From: Octopus bimaculoides
Lineage: Eukaryota
Assembly (NCBI RefSeq): GCF_001194135.2
Contig: NC_068989.1
Span: forward strand, 15,638,968 to 15,702,967
Direction: 5' to 3'
Length of the DNA stretch: 64,000 nucleotides
The notes under the pieces are model-generated. The model was given only the letters and a program-made list of their open reading frames with translations, searched no databases and had not been told where the DNA came from. Made by a program: the position numbers and the translations under genes. Below are positions 1-12,706 of this stretch, piece after piece. Within the stretch, counting starts at the first letter, position 1; each line of letters opens with the position of its first letter.

Positions 1-546
1 AAGATTCGCCTGTAATTAACAAGAAAAAAATTGTTTTTTTAGCGAACGTATGCATGAACTCGGCTCGAAACTATAACTTCAAATTTACTAAACAACGTCG
101 AAGCAGTTGTACAAATTACCGTCTAAATAATTGGTAGTATATGTCTATCGGTAGTAAATAGGTATTGAATAAAAACAAATTGAAGTTAGTTCTGTATCGA
201 TCAAACATTTATACGAGGTTAGAGATAAATATTACATTTCAGCAGAAATCAATAATATATCGATTAAATATGTATTAGGCACCACGAATGAGTGCCACAG
301 GAAACTCCATTCGTTTAAATACATAGAAAGTTATCGAATCTCACCCATTAGAACTCGCATGGATAATATTAGATGCGTATGGTGATACATACAGTAGAGT
401 CTAGTTAAAGGAAAATACCTATTAAATATTGAAATTGGAAATAAACAAGAAAATGTATAGAAGTTATTGTAATTGACATTAAAATGGATGCGTATTTATT
501 CGGAAGAAGTTGGTTAAAATCATTTAATATGTCACTTGCCTATTTA

Positions 547-735
547 AGGCAGCGAACTGGCAGATTCGTTAGCATGCTAGGTAAAATTGTTAGCAGCATT
601 CCGTCCGTCTTTACTTCCTGAATTCAAATTCCAGTGAGGTTAACATTGTATTTCATTCTTTCAGAGTCGATAAAATAAGTACCAGTTGAGCACTGATGTC
701 AATCTGATCGACCAATTCCTCCACCGAAATTGCTA
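547..735 (+). mobile_element. SINE family B (tRNA-derived head), diverged copy
   Basis: Head aaggcagcgaactggcagattcgttagc, B-box-like ttcaaattcc, body gtcgataaaataagtaccagttgagcactg; more than 20 related copies in the window. Confidence 0.8.
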
Positions 736-1084
736 GCCGTGTGTCAAATTTGAAAGCAATATTTCACTTATGTTTAATAATATTACTGATATTAATACGA
801 CGAAGAGATGAAAAAAATCGTTAATGTTCGAAAGAATACGATGCGATGTTTGTTCTGGCATTTTATAAGCTGATTTCAAATCCTGTGGAGTCCAGCTTTG
901 ACCTTCATGTTCATAGGGCGATAAAACAAAATACCAGTCCAGCTCCAATATTGGGGTCCATGTAATCGACTAAACCCACCCCCTCAAAATTACTAGCTTT
1001 GTGCTTAATTAGAAACAATATCACTGATATTGAGAATGTTGATTATGCAATCGATCTAGTGTGGTGGTGGTAGTAATTGTGGAT

Positions 1085-1400
1085 ATCCGCCGTTCGACGA
1101 TGACGATGTATTTGTTCGATCAACTGAATTACCCGCTCCTGAATTAAGGTGCAAGTGGCTGAGTATTCCACTGACCCGCGTAGCCTTAGCATAAGTATCT
1201 GACATAATCATTGTGACGCTGTGTTTGACAAGGCTGTACCTTTTGTGTTACACGCATTCCACTCTTCAGGTTTACATATAGTTTCCGCCTACCCAATTTC
1301 ACTCACACAATATTGGCCGATTTGAGAGATGTCACGTAGTGATATCGAACCTGGGACCTCATAGTTACAAAGTGAAATTCTTAACTATTCGGCTATACTA
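1085..1400 (-). mobile_element. Diverged SINE sharing its 3' region with family C
   Basis: gtgcaagtggctgagtattccac...gtgtttgacaaggctg matches the family C tail at 30800-30965; tRNA-like head (atcgaacctgggacc on +) near 1345-1400. Confidence 0.6.
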
Positions 1401-1619
1401 TGCTTACAACTTCATCTGCCATCACATTTGAAATGAGTTCCCTATATCGTAGTTCAAGCTCATGGTTTTCTAAATAACGAAATATCTATTAAGACTGAAG
1501 TATTAAGGTAAATATTATTATAGAATTGTTATCGCTTCTAACTGCTGATCATTTTTTATTTATCAGGTTGATTAAGCAACGTTTTGACCCATGAAAAATT
1601 TGTACCGGACTTTTGTATA

Positions 1620-1745
1620 CATTATTTACATTTGACGGATATTCGTCCTCATCTTGTTTGTTGTTAACACAACGTTTCGGCTGATATACCCTCCAGCCTT
1701 CGTCAGGTGTCTTGGGGAAATTTCGAACCTGGGTTCTCATTCCTA
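1620..1745 (-). mobile_element. Short Penelope-like/retrozyme-like repeat carrying a hammerhead-like motif
   Basis: Motif at 1666-1711; related degenerate copy at 5821-5886 (+); no RT ORF nearby. Confidence 0.5.
1666..1711 (-). ncRNA. Minimal type I hammerhead ribozyme-like motif
   Basis: Minus strand GACAC-CUGACGA-A-GGCUG(gaggguauau)CAGCC-GAAAC-GUU-GUGUU: stem I GACAC/GUGUU, 5-bp stem II, loopless palindromic stem III (AACGUU), one extra A after the CUGANGA box. Confidence 0.6.
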
Positions 1746-2859
1746 TCGATGTTACTATTATGCTTTAACACTGGCTACAGAGGTATCTACTATCAAAATT
1801 AGAATAAAATTTTCATTGTAACATGTTAACTCTGTAGCTGTAATCAATTGTCCTAACTAAAAAAAAAAATAAATAAATAAATAAAAGACTTCGTTGATCA
1901 TTAATTATGCCAAGATGCATGCTGAAAGATGTGCCGTGTTCTTAAGGAATTTCGAAACAAATGCTAATATCTCATTCACAGTTTTGGGAATTGCTAATGT
2001 TTTAAGAACATCATAAATATTTAGGGATATTCGTTTTCTAGGTACACTAATTTTATAATCAAGGTACTGAGTTCCTTTGTGAAAACTAAATCACACTTTT
2101 CTTTGACATTTTAATCCATAATCTTGTAACCATTTGCATATTAATTCCAAGTTAATCAAATGTTCATCTGTCATCCTGTCTATATATGACACACACTGTT
2201 TTATTCCAGATAACATTTGATCAACAGAATAGTGGAATATGGCACACACACACACGAAACATTGCGAACAGTGTTCGCTTGTAATTATAAAAACCCACAA
2301 GGTCTATTCATAACGTGTAATTTGTGATTCTCTTGCTAATTCTATATGTAAATGTGCATCTTTTAAATGAATTACGCCGGAACGTTTCCCCGCTTTAATT
2401 TAAGGAATAGTTAATATTATTGGATGACGTATTCTCGAGTATGTTTATATACATTGCCTTCGAAATTGACACCTATTTTAACTTTGACGTTCAATATCCA
2501 ACTATGACCGATTGGTACAACAAACTATCTATAATTGGCCAGTTCAAATATTCCGTTCAATACTTCAAGTTCTAATTTGTCCGTTACTAATTTGGCCTTT
2601 GACATGGAAATTGGTCAAGTCCTTCCGAAAAATATGCTTTGCTGGAGCCGTACTCAAATTATGGCTTGCATTTTGTGCAAAGTCTCAATACAGGTAAAAA
2701 ATACCTGGGAATACTTGGTTTCAAATTTTGGCAGGAGGTCAGCAATCTTGGTGGAGGGGTAAGACGATTACAGCGACCGAAAATCCTCAAGTGATACTTA
2801 TTTTGGCGACTTCGAAAGGAAAAGTCTACAAAATCTGAAATCAGAGAACATATAGACGG

Positions 2860-3062
2860 AAGAAACGCTAGTAAGCATTTAGCCTGGCGTGTTGAAGACT
2901 TTGCCAACTCGCCGCCTTAATGTTAAATTTAATATTGATTTCAAATTGTGGCACAAGGCCTGCAATTTCGGGTGTGAGGAAAAGTCGATTAAATCAACCC
3001 TACTGCTCAACTGATACTTATTGTATCGAAGTAGGATGAAAAACAAAGTCGACCTCGGCGAA
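2860..3062 (-). mobile_element. SINE family B fragments (head and body)
   Basis: Reverse complement of head (ctttgccaactcgccgcc) and body (aaagtcgacctcggcg). Confidence 0.7.
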
Positions 3063-4039
3063 GATGGAGATGCCGTCTTCATGTGGCTGCTGTGACATCG
3101 AGTTTATTCACTTCCAAATGAATAATACTTTGATATCTATTTCTTGTGGAAGTGAAAATTTATAAACTCTCTGTAGATTTTGAAATATATATATAGGCAC
3201 GAACAATTTGCCTATCAGACTTGATCCAACTGAAAATTGCGGCAACGTAAATCAAATCTAACATCCCAGAACTTTCCAAGCTAAAGCAAAAACAATTTTC
3301 TCTTTAAGTTACAAGGCAAAATGTGTTATGAAACTTATAAGATTATACGTTATAGCATATTAGGAGTTCTACCATTGGAAGTATTAGAAATACCAGGTTA
3401 ATTAATTCATTATATAGCCATATTATTCTGCTACTGTATTATTCTGCTACTGTATTATTCTGCTAATGTATGAAAGTTTATAACATTGGAACAAAATCGA
3501 AGACAATCTGTTATGTACACCCTATTCATGATATTCGAAAGGCAATTGAGTGATAAATTCAAAAAGTTAAAACAAACACACACATTTCTTTTACCACTTT
3601 CAGTCATCATGAATCGGACGAACAGCCGTTACTTAATAAATAGATATGTCTGAAGACTATCAATACCTCAAAAGACAGCTAACCTGAAAATTCAAACAAA
3701 ACTTCCCCATTTACATTATTGAGAGGCGATACCTTAGCCACTGAGGGTTATGCAAAGCGTGGTTATTGATGGTTGGAATTATTAAGCAATAACATGAAAA
3801 CCAGTTACAACTTGAATTGATAGAAAAACTACAAACTAGATATTATGAGGTGCTACAACGTACCAAAATTTATCATGGCTTTACCAACATAATTGTAAAG
3901 CATGCAACCACATAGTTCCGAGTTCAATTCCTCTGCGTTGTACCTTGGCCATGTATCTTCTACAATAGCTGCGGGTATACATACATATACGGATGTGCGT
4001 GTAATGTGTATGTGCGTATGTCTTCGTGTTTTTGTCTAT

Positions 4040-4225
4040 CATCCAACACTTGACAACCGGTGTTGTTTCATTGCACCTGCGTAACTAAGCGGTTCGACAA
4101 AAAGAGACCAATACAATAAGTACCAGGCTTAAAAATTTTAAGTACCGTGATGAATTTGTTCGATTAAACCCCACAAGGCAGTGCCCCAGCATGGCCGCTC
4201 TCAAATGACTGAAACGAGTTAAAGA
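4040..4225 (+). mobile_element. SINE family A, 3' half
   Basis: cttgacaaccgg...gtaactaagcggttcgacaaaaagagacc...gcatggccgc...aaatgactgaaac matches 6140-6310. Confidence 0.75.
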
Positions 4226-4889
4226 ATCGATTGGTAATGTCTTTGATTTGGTCTCGTTGTTAAGATTCTTTATTAATTGGCATAAAAATAAAAATAACGG
4301 ATAAAAACTGAAAAATCTAGGAGGAGATAACGAGCATAGTAAAAAATATAATTTTCATATATGTTGTTTCCAATACTAATTATGTACATAACTCCATTAA
4401 AATCAAACGTTTGAGGCAAAACAAAAAAGTACTATTTCCAAAGAAAGTATGTATTTCATGGTTCTCTATAAGCTTCTAACAATATCATAGGTCTCAAAAT
4501 AACCATAGAATTCTCATTAGTGCTGCTAATTTTAATTAATGTCCTCAGTGTGATCGTGGGTATTCCTGTGGATTTTAAAAATTGATTATTTAAATTTCAT
4601 TCTACATCAGTTTCCGCTTAATTTTTGCGACTTTTCTTCATCTCAGTTGTTTCTAGTTTAGCTGATTATTACCATGTTTTGGGGAGAGGTGGTGGATGAG
4701 TCTCTTGAAAAGTCAATTATTAAATCTATCGTTCTGGAATGCTTTTATGACGAAGTATTAATACTATGAATTTATTCGTTTTTAAGCATGGTTCTTAGAA
4801 TTATTTCATGTATATTTCTATTGCATTTTCTACTTTCTTTTCATAGAAAAAAAACATCAAACAGATTGGTCACACACACACACACACAC

Positions 4890-5045
4890 NNNNNNNNNNN
4901 NNNNNNNNNNNNNNNNNNNNNNNNNNNNNNNNNNNNNNNNNNNNNNNNNNNNNNNNNNNNNNNNNNNNNNNNNNNNNNNNNNNNNNNNNNNNNNNNNNNN
5001 NNNNNNNNNNNNNNNNNNNNNNNNNNNNNNNNNNNNNNNNNNNNN
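4890..5045. other. Assembly gap (N-run); others at 11303-11536, 21975-22770, 32229-32879, 38520-38529, 44319-44830, 48184-48684, 49829-50014
   Basis: N characters, mostly abutting microsatellites or SINEs; all X-rich ORFs in the track are artefacts of these gaps. Confidence 0.99.
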
Positions 5046-5931
5046 TTCTAACTAGTAAAGACTGCTTTGTCAAAAATTAACTATATTCATGTGTGCGTAG
5101 CACATGAATCAATCGTTACTAGAAAGAAAATACTAGACTATAAGAAACTAATGTTTTGTGCTGTCAACAAAGAGTAGGTGAGAAAGAGAGAGAGAGAGGG
5201 AGAAAAAGAGAGAGAGAAAGTCATTAACGAATTTGTTTTGTGAGGAAAGGTTAGATCAAACGTTTGCAGAATAAATACTTTTTATTTCACAAGAATAAGA
5301 TATACCGAAAGAAAGCTTTGGTTAATTATGCCTTGTACGATGTTGTTCTAAGTTCTCAATGAATTCAATAGCACACTTGTTTTCAAAATCTGAAATAATT
5401 AAAATTATAACAGTCTGCTAGTCACTGAATCAATACAGAAGCTTATGTTTTCATAACAGTTTTCAGTTTAGCTGTTCGTCAATTTTACGTTTCTATTTTG
5501 GATGCCGTGACGGTTTTCCTTTATTTCATATGTTTAGGTGGATTGCAAGCATATGACGTTTGCACATTAAAATAATTCACTTTTTTGACAGAGTTTAATT
5601 ATTTGTTGAAAATATTATTTTAATTCTTTTTATGAACTCTTTCTTAAAAAAAAAAACTTTCACTATCAACTTATGACAATGAAGTATATCTGAAACCACA
5701 ATGTATACTTGAATATGAATTATAATAGATGATTTATTAAACACAAAGCTGACAATAACTTTGAAATTATTTTATTACGTGAATTCACTGAAAGTTCCGA
5801 GAGCGCCTCCGAATACAACAGACACTTGAAGAGGACCAGTGGGTGGGTACAACAGAAAACTTTGTGACAATAAGCAAAGTGATGACACTTGCTCGAATTT
5901 ATCAGTATATATTATGATTATTTTTCATCTC

Positions 5932-6343
5932 GAGTGGCTGTATGGTAAGTAGCTTTCCTACAAACCACATGGTTCCGGGTTCAGTCCCACTGCGTGGCAC
6001 CTTGGGCAAGTGTCTTCCACTATAGCCTCGGGCCGACCAAAGCCTTATGAGTGGATTTGGTAGACGGAAACTGAAAGAAGACCGTCGTATATATATATAT
6101 ATGTGTGTGTGTGTTTGTGTGTGTGTGTGTCTGTCCCCCCACCATCGCTTGACAACCGATGGTGGTGTGTTTACGTCCCCGTAACTTAGCGGTTCGGCAA
6201 AAAGAGACCGATAGAATAAGTACTAAGCTTACAAAGAATAAGTCCTGGGGGTCGATCTGCTCGACTAAAGGCGGTGCTCCAACATGGCCGCAGTCAAATG
6301 ACTGAAAAAAAGTAAAAGAGTAAAAAAGAAAAGAGTAAAAGAG
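5932..6343 (+). mobile_element. SINE family A, full length (tRNA head, CORE-like domain, internal TA/TG microsatellite)
   Basis: gagtggctgtatggtaag...ggttccgggttcagtccc (A/B-box-like), ccttgggcaagtgtc (CORE-like), tail (aaaagagt)n; near-identical copy at 42513. Confidence 0.85.
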
Positions 6344-7570
6344 ATATATATATATATATTATCACTTAGCCGCAGCTTAATCCTGATCCACCTTATCTAT
6401 GATAAAATTGTGTTCATTTCGTCTTTGAGGGGAACCGATGGACTATATTATTTAAACTGTCCTTCCACATCTTTAGATTTGAGAGAGATTTGATTACTAT
6501 TTCTTGCATACTGAGCGAATGCATATAGCAAACGCGAGAAACACTGTACCTGCGTTCACATCTGAGAACACCTAGTGACAAAGTCTTTAAAATATATATA
6601 TATAAAAAGAACAGTTTAATTTATAAGCAGGAAGCAGTTATTTAATATGCGTTGTGTACCTATGAATATGTAAAATTAGAGTGTCATTTTTCACTACACA
6701 TATGCATTTGTAAGTTTCCCAAAGCGCTAAAAGGGTCTCCACCTCTGCTTGGATTGTTGATGTTACACAGAATAATATGTTTAATTAGTGTACTGCAGAA
6801 AGCGTGTTTATAAGTGACAAATAATTCCTATAATGATAGCATGTTGAAAACGGGAAACTAAATATTATTGGCAATGAACTTACGGTTTAAATTGACACTT
6901 GTGCTAGATACAATGTTTATTTAAGCCCACTTTGAATGAATGACTGCAGTGCAGAGTTATGTAATAATAAATAGTATAAATGGAAAACCAATAGAGGCAT
7001 TAATGGAAAATTGTTCTCGCATGCACGTTTCAGAACATTACATGGAATGTAGAATTTTAAATGTTAAACAATCACTGAAATGTAAACTTACTTGGTAGAG
7101 TTGATAGCATAATTTCGGGATGGTAAAGAAGGTAAATATTTACAGCTGACCTCTAAGGAAAATACTCTGTAAATATAGTGATGTAGTCGGAGATTAAATC
7201 GCCTGTTTTCTAGTAGAAAGGAAAGAGCGATAAATCCCCGTCAGTCTGTTATTCATTCGAAGAAACCATTATTCACCCACCCCTGTTTGTGAACAGATAC
7301 ATAATGAATTGGACAATTTCCAAAGATTTGGTAGAGTCACTCTAGTTGCGCAAATCCCGTTGACTGAATAAACACTAAGTTATATATATGCAAAGAAATA
7401 TTGCCACTGTAATTTTGTGTTCGATCCCAGCCGTGAAACGTTTGGAATGTGTCGTTTATCATAACCTCAGTCTGACCAAAGTTTTGCGACTGAAATGTAT
7501 TAGACAGACACTGAAAGTATTTACACATAGTTCTACTACTTAAACGAAGGTATTATTAAAAGCCCAAGTA

Positions 7571-7689
7571 AGGCTGTGAACTGGCAGAACCGTTAGCGCG
7601 CTGGACAAAATGCTTAGCGGTATTTCGCCCGTTGCTACGTTCTGAATTCAAATTCCGCTGAGGTCGACTTTGCCTTTCACCCTTTCGGG
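7571..7689 (+). mobile_element. SINE family B, 3'-truncated at the junction with a duplicated segment
   Basis: Head and body present to cctttcggg, then switches to sequence copied from 19182. Confidence 0.8.
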
Positions 7690-7821
7690 GAGTCAAGTCA
7701 CTATACTGAAGAAACATTCAATCATTTTCATCTCGGTGACCCTTCGTTATAACCTGAAAATGCAATTTTCTGCTATGGTAACTCCTCGAAAATTTTCATG
7801 GTTTAATATTAATATCACGGA
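7690..7821 (+). repeat. 132-bp non-SINE segment duplicated at 19182-19313
   Basis: gagtcaagtcactata...aatattaatatcacgga; 4 mismatches counted by eye over about 132 bp. Confidence 0.9.
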
Positions 7822-8035
7822 AGGCGGGAAGCTAGCAGAATTGTTAGCACACCGGGCCAAATGCTTAGCGATATTTCGTCTGTCTTTACGTTCTGAGTTC
7901 AAATTCCGCCGAGGTCGACTTTGCCTTTCAACCTTTCGGGGTCGATAAATTAAGTACCAGTTGTGTACTGGCGTCGATCTAATCGACTGGCCCCTCCCCC
8001 AAAATTGCAGGCCTTGTGCCTACAGTAGAAATGAT
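7822..8035 (+). mobile_element. SINE family B, short-tail type
   Basis: Full head to tail ggccttgtgcctacagtagaaa. Confidence 0.85.
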
Positions 8036-9134
8036 TATTAAAAGCCGAGGTTAATTATGTGGGTCACACACTGAATGGTGAAGATTTCAAGTCTTTAAAA
8101 AACAGAATCAGAGCTGTTGAAAATATGAGACACTACAAATTAAAAATGAAATTTAGGCATCCTTACTTATATACCAAAATTTATCCATAGTGAATCAAAA
8201 GCATTAGTTAAGTCAATGTAGAAAAGGAACAGGAGTGTAACATGGTGGGGGGGAGAAGTATGTTTTCGAAATTAAGCTATACTTGCATCAACCGCAGTAC
8301 TTAAATACATTGTTAACACATATAAGGCTTTATATTCTTAAGAAAGATTTGAGTGCTTCGCATGTTTAGGAAGTTGTGCTGCTGAGCCAGCTAGAACAGC
8401 TAGGCCATTTGAACAGCTTTAAGTCCGGATCAAAAGAGAAATATAATTAAAAGTATTTGGCAGTGAATGCTTCCAAAAACTGATATATGATGGAGTATCT
8501 AAACGATTACTCAGCATAGAACTGGTGTCCAAATCTCCCTCAGCTCACAGCCAAGTTGAAGAATACATGGGAAAAGGTAGTCACTATTATGTCTCTTGGG
8601 CTGTTTAACAGTACAACCTGGCATTTTGAAATGCCTTCAGAAGCATCAGTTACAAGCATTCAGGCCAGGTAAATTGTTATGGATACTGCTGCCTTCTCTC
8701 ATGAATGTAAAATAAAGAAAATCTCCTTTATTATCATTAACTGGATTAACCATTAAGCAAAATAAGCATGTGCTTAGAGTATCAAAGGAAGGAGGGGGCA
8801 TCGAAGAAATGGTAAATGCTAAAGTAGTATTTAAATGGTTTATATGATCGGAAATTTAATTTCGAAGTGTTCATGATCCCATAGTGGGGATCTAATCAAA
8901 GGCAATGCAATAATAATAAAAAAAACAAAAAATTAGGAGAAAACTTTTTAAACATAAATAAGCAGGAAATATACAAAAGTAAACCTTATTTTCCATCTTA
9001 CTGTTAGTTTTGCTTCATTCTGAAAAAAATATTGTTTTATGCTTTATTGTTGTTTTATTTTGAGTTGCATACATATGGAGGGTACCAAAATCTTTTAAGT
9101 GCTTTATGGGCCTAAATCCAGCCTTGTTTGTCAT

Positions 9135-9590
9135 AGACTAATTAATAGTTTCAAATTTTGGCATAAGTCCAGTAACTTTAGTGGGGAGGTGTTTAATCGA
9201 TTCCGTCGGCCCCAGCGCTCGACTGGTAAGAGCATTTTATCGACCTCGAAAGGATGAAAGGCAAAGTCGACCTCGGCAGAATTTTAACGCAGAACGTAAA
9301 GACGGATGAAATGCTGCTAAGCATTTTGTCTGGCGTCTTAACGATTCTGCCAGATCACTAATTTGGGCTCTAATTCTTTATACTCTAGGAACAAGGGCTG
9401 AAATTTCGGGCAGGGAACTAGTCAATTACATCGAGCCCTGTACTCAACTAGTACCTATTTTATCAACTAGTACCCCAGAAGGATGGATGTGCAAAATCGA
9501 ACTCGACGGAATTTGAATTCAAGATGTAAAGACGGACAAAATGTTTCGAAGCATTTCATCCGGCATACTAACGATTCTGCCAGCTCACCC
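9135..9590 (-). mobile_element. Two tandem SINE family B copies
   Basis: Reverse-complement body ggatgaaaggcaaagtcgacctcggc and head gattctgccagctcac, twice. Confidence 0.8.
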
Positions 9591-10119
9591 AAAACAATGA
9601 TTTTTACGTTATTTAGGGCACATTTTAAGTCGGTGAGCTAGCAGAATCGTTAGTACGCCGGACAAAATGCTTCTGGGCTCCAAATAATAACGACAATATC
9701 ATGTGCTTCTGTTGATCCCGATGAAGAAGTTTGGGGAACATTATATGGAAGCTGATTTACATGTGAAAATGAAGATTCAGATATACGAAGCTTATGTTCC
9801 ATCTCTAAACTGAATTCACATTAACGAACGTGAAAAGGACAGGATATAGAGCTGGCAGGCAGTCCTGTGAATTCTAATTCTTGCAAAACCTATAGATGAT
9901 AGCATTATCACAATCGTAGGAGAAGCACTACACTGTGTCACGATCTTTTGTCCCTGTGTAGCAGCTGTTGCTCCCGGTTTGCTTACTCCTACAAAGTATG
10001 AAAAATGGCTAACATTTCCTTAAAACTTTGCTTTTGTCACTTTTATTGAAATCTCAAAGAATCCTTCTCAACACTTGGGTATTATGCTTCCCCAACAACT
10101 CGTGTTTATGATCAAAGAT

Positions 10120-10225
10120 GCACATCATGTCAGCCACTAAGGGATATGCCCCAGTAGTTAAAGTCAAGCAACTGAAAAGCAAATCTGTGGTATTGAGCAG
10201 AATATTTGCTATAACGTTATTTTTG
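10120..10225 (-). mobile_element. Fragment of the repeat at 35560-36108
   Basis: Reverse complement gcaaatattctgctcaataccacagatttgc...cccttagtggc matches 35655-35745. Confidence 0.7.
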
Positions 10226-11025
10226 CTTCAACAACTCAGCGCTGAATCTGCCTGAAATGTAATGGAAAATAGGTCAGTTTCAAAACATTGATGTTCAGAT
10301 CACAAAAGCAAGGTTTGAAGAGAATAGTAGTCATTTCCTTTGATTTCTAGATAGAAGCAAATAGGAACTAACACTTACTAGCCAAAGACAAAAATAAAAA
10401 TAAAAGTTTTGTTACACAATGTTATCATTCATCAAATATGACGTTGTAGCAGATGCTAATTGGTGTGAACGTGATGGGAGAAAGAAAGTGAAGAAACCGA
10501 AGCAACTATCTTCTGCAGAATGTCATGATTATTTCAAATAAAACTCACGTAAGAACGTGCCAATGATGCTATGTCAGTCATACGTGCTACTTAACAGGTG
10601 AATCAGGTAAATTAATTTTTAGCAGTAAGCGATTCATTAGGTAGGTTTATTTTATACACGTCGCTGCGAGAAGAATAGTTTATTTTACACACGTTGTTGC
10701 CCCAAGAACATTTTTTTTTGCACACAATCGTTTCCGAAGACAATATACTAGATTATTTAGCTCGTCTTCGTATGTAAGACGCGTTTTCGTTGAATTATAA
10801 CATCACACAAAGCGATTTTTTTCTTTTTAAAAATTTTAATTTTATTAGGATTATGTACACACACACACACACACACACACGTACATGTATATCTGTTCAC
10901 TTATACTGATACACACATATACGTGAATACACAGCTACATATATGCACAAAAGTACACGTGTATACAAATGTATACGTACAAAAACACGTATACATACAC
11001 ACAGAAAGATATACAAGTGTGCGAG

Positions 11026-11056
<31 letters not shown>

Positions 11057-11195
11057 TTCCGAAGAAACGTAAAACAACCACGCTTTCTTTCCTTCTCTGA
11101 GCGTGTTATTAATACTTTGCATATACCACGTTCGTTCTCGCATTGCTTTTTTTCTTGTCTTTTTTCTTCGTCTATGTGATATATATATATATATA

Positions 11196-11895
11196 TATAT
11201 ATATTTATTGAAGTTACAAAAAAAAAAATACAAAAGACGAAGACGTGTGTGTAAACAACAAACAGATGTATTAGTTTAACGCTCCGGAAGTGAGAAACTC
11301 TTNNNNNNNNNNNNNNNNNNNNNNNNNNNNNNNNNNNNNNNNNNNNNNNNNNNNNNNNNNNNNNNNNNNNNNNNNNNNNNNNNNNNNNNNNNNNNNNNNN
11401 NNNNNNNNNNNNNNNNNNNNNNNNNNNNNNNNNNNNNNNNNNNNNNNNNNNNNNNNNNNNNNNNNNNNNNNNNNNNNNNNNNNNNNNNNNNNNNNNNNNN
11501 NNNNNNNNNNNNNNNNNNNNNNNNNNNNNNNNNNNNATCACACCCTAATCCTAACCCTAACGTCAATCAAATCACGTGTGTGATTTACTTATAAACAGAG
11601 ATGTACGGAGAATATTGGTAAGACGTTCAGTTACTTCCCTTGAATATTTTTATTTATTTTTTCCCCCTAAACTTGAAGATTACCTATATATATATATATA
11701 TATTAGTTGAAATTTACAGAAAAAGAAAAGACGAAGACAGGTTTATAAACAACAAATAAGTGTATTAGTTTAACGCTCGAGAAGGTGAGAATGTCTTTTA
11801 CGTTTCGAGTCTACGCTCTTCAACAGAAAGGAACACAAAGAAATAAACAGAGAGAGAATAAAAAAGCTTTTGGAGCTAGCGGTCAATCATGGCGG
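11196..11895 (-). mobile_element. Two same-orientation copies (11196-11302 partial; 11703-11895) of a short (TA)n-flanked repeat with a hammerhead-like variant motif
   Basis: Shared aaaagacgaagac...gtattagtttaacgctc; copy 2 minus strand CCUUU-CUGUUGA-A-GAG(cguaga)CUC-GAAAC-GUA-AAAGA at 11831-11794; third copy in opposite orientation at 47995-48172. Confidence 0.55.
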
Positions 11896-12512
11896 CTCAT
11901 ATCCACTACATATGTAGAAAATTATGTCTGTGGGTGTGTTTGTGGAGTTGTTAGATAACAACTAGAACTGTAGAAACTCAAATTAATCCCTCAAGAACTG
12001 TAGAAACTTCATCTCTACCTAGAACTGTAGAAACTCAACTTAATCTCTCAAGGCATTTTTCTCTGATGCTTAACGGATGATGCCAATTCACCGCTTTTCC
12101 ACAGCCTTAACATATCACCACCAAATACGCAGGCATCAATGACGGTTCTATATGAGGTACCATTTTCGAGTCACATATAATAAAAAAGGAGTTGAAACTT
12201 ACCTGTAGGCAATATCAATAGAGGAACTAGCTTAAAAGAAGGTTGGAGACATTCAATTAAAATCGGACGACTTGACTTCGAGCATCTTAATATTGAGTTA
12301 GAGGGTGATATTTAAAATATATGCAAATGAGTTGCATAGCTATATACTTCTGTAACCATGTGTGTTCATGCTGTTCCGCTTTATCATTTCGGCTTCCTTT
12401 CTTTTTCTCTTTTTACACACATACAGAATACATCTATGTATGCAAATGTATATAAGTGTGACGGCCTTTTTGCACATTCATGTATTTATGTGTACGTACA
12501 ATGTATGCATAC

Positions 12513-12558
<46 letters not shown>

Positions 12559-12706
12559 GCAGGAGTGCGTGTACACACACACATATATATTGGCGTTTGC
12601 TTAAGCATATATATAAGGTAATAACTTGTAATAGTTTCTAGCTATCAATTCTTTTGTAACAATTGAATATTACATTGTCGGTATTGCTTTATTGAATCGC
12701 GCTCTG

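Noticed and set aside
2400-2700. Exon-like region with a CAG|GTAAAA donor at 2693 and two overlapping short ORFs
   Set aside because: Weak acceptor, stops upstream in all frames, no recognisable protein
8340-8680. Possible decayed transposase or LINE peptide (NLPQLTAKLKNTWEKVV)
   Set aside because: Fits a Tc1/mariner or an R4 C-terminus equally poorly; too degenerate to call
11975-12052. AGAACTGTAGAAACT three times with variable spacers (CRISPR-like look)
   Set aside because: Only 3 short units, spacers 1 and 3 resemble each other, eukaryotic context, no cas genes; a minisatellite
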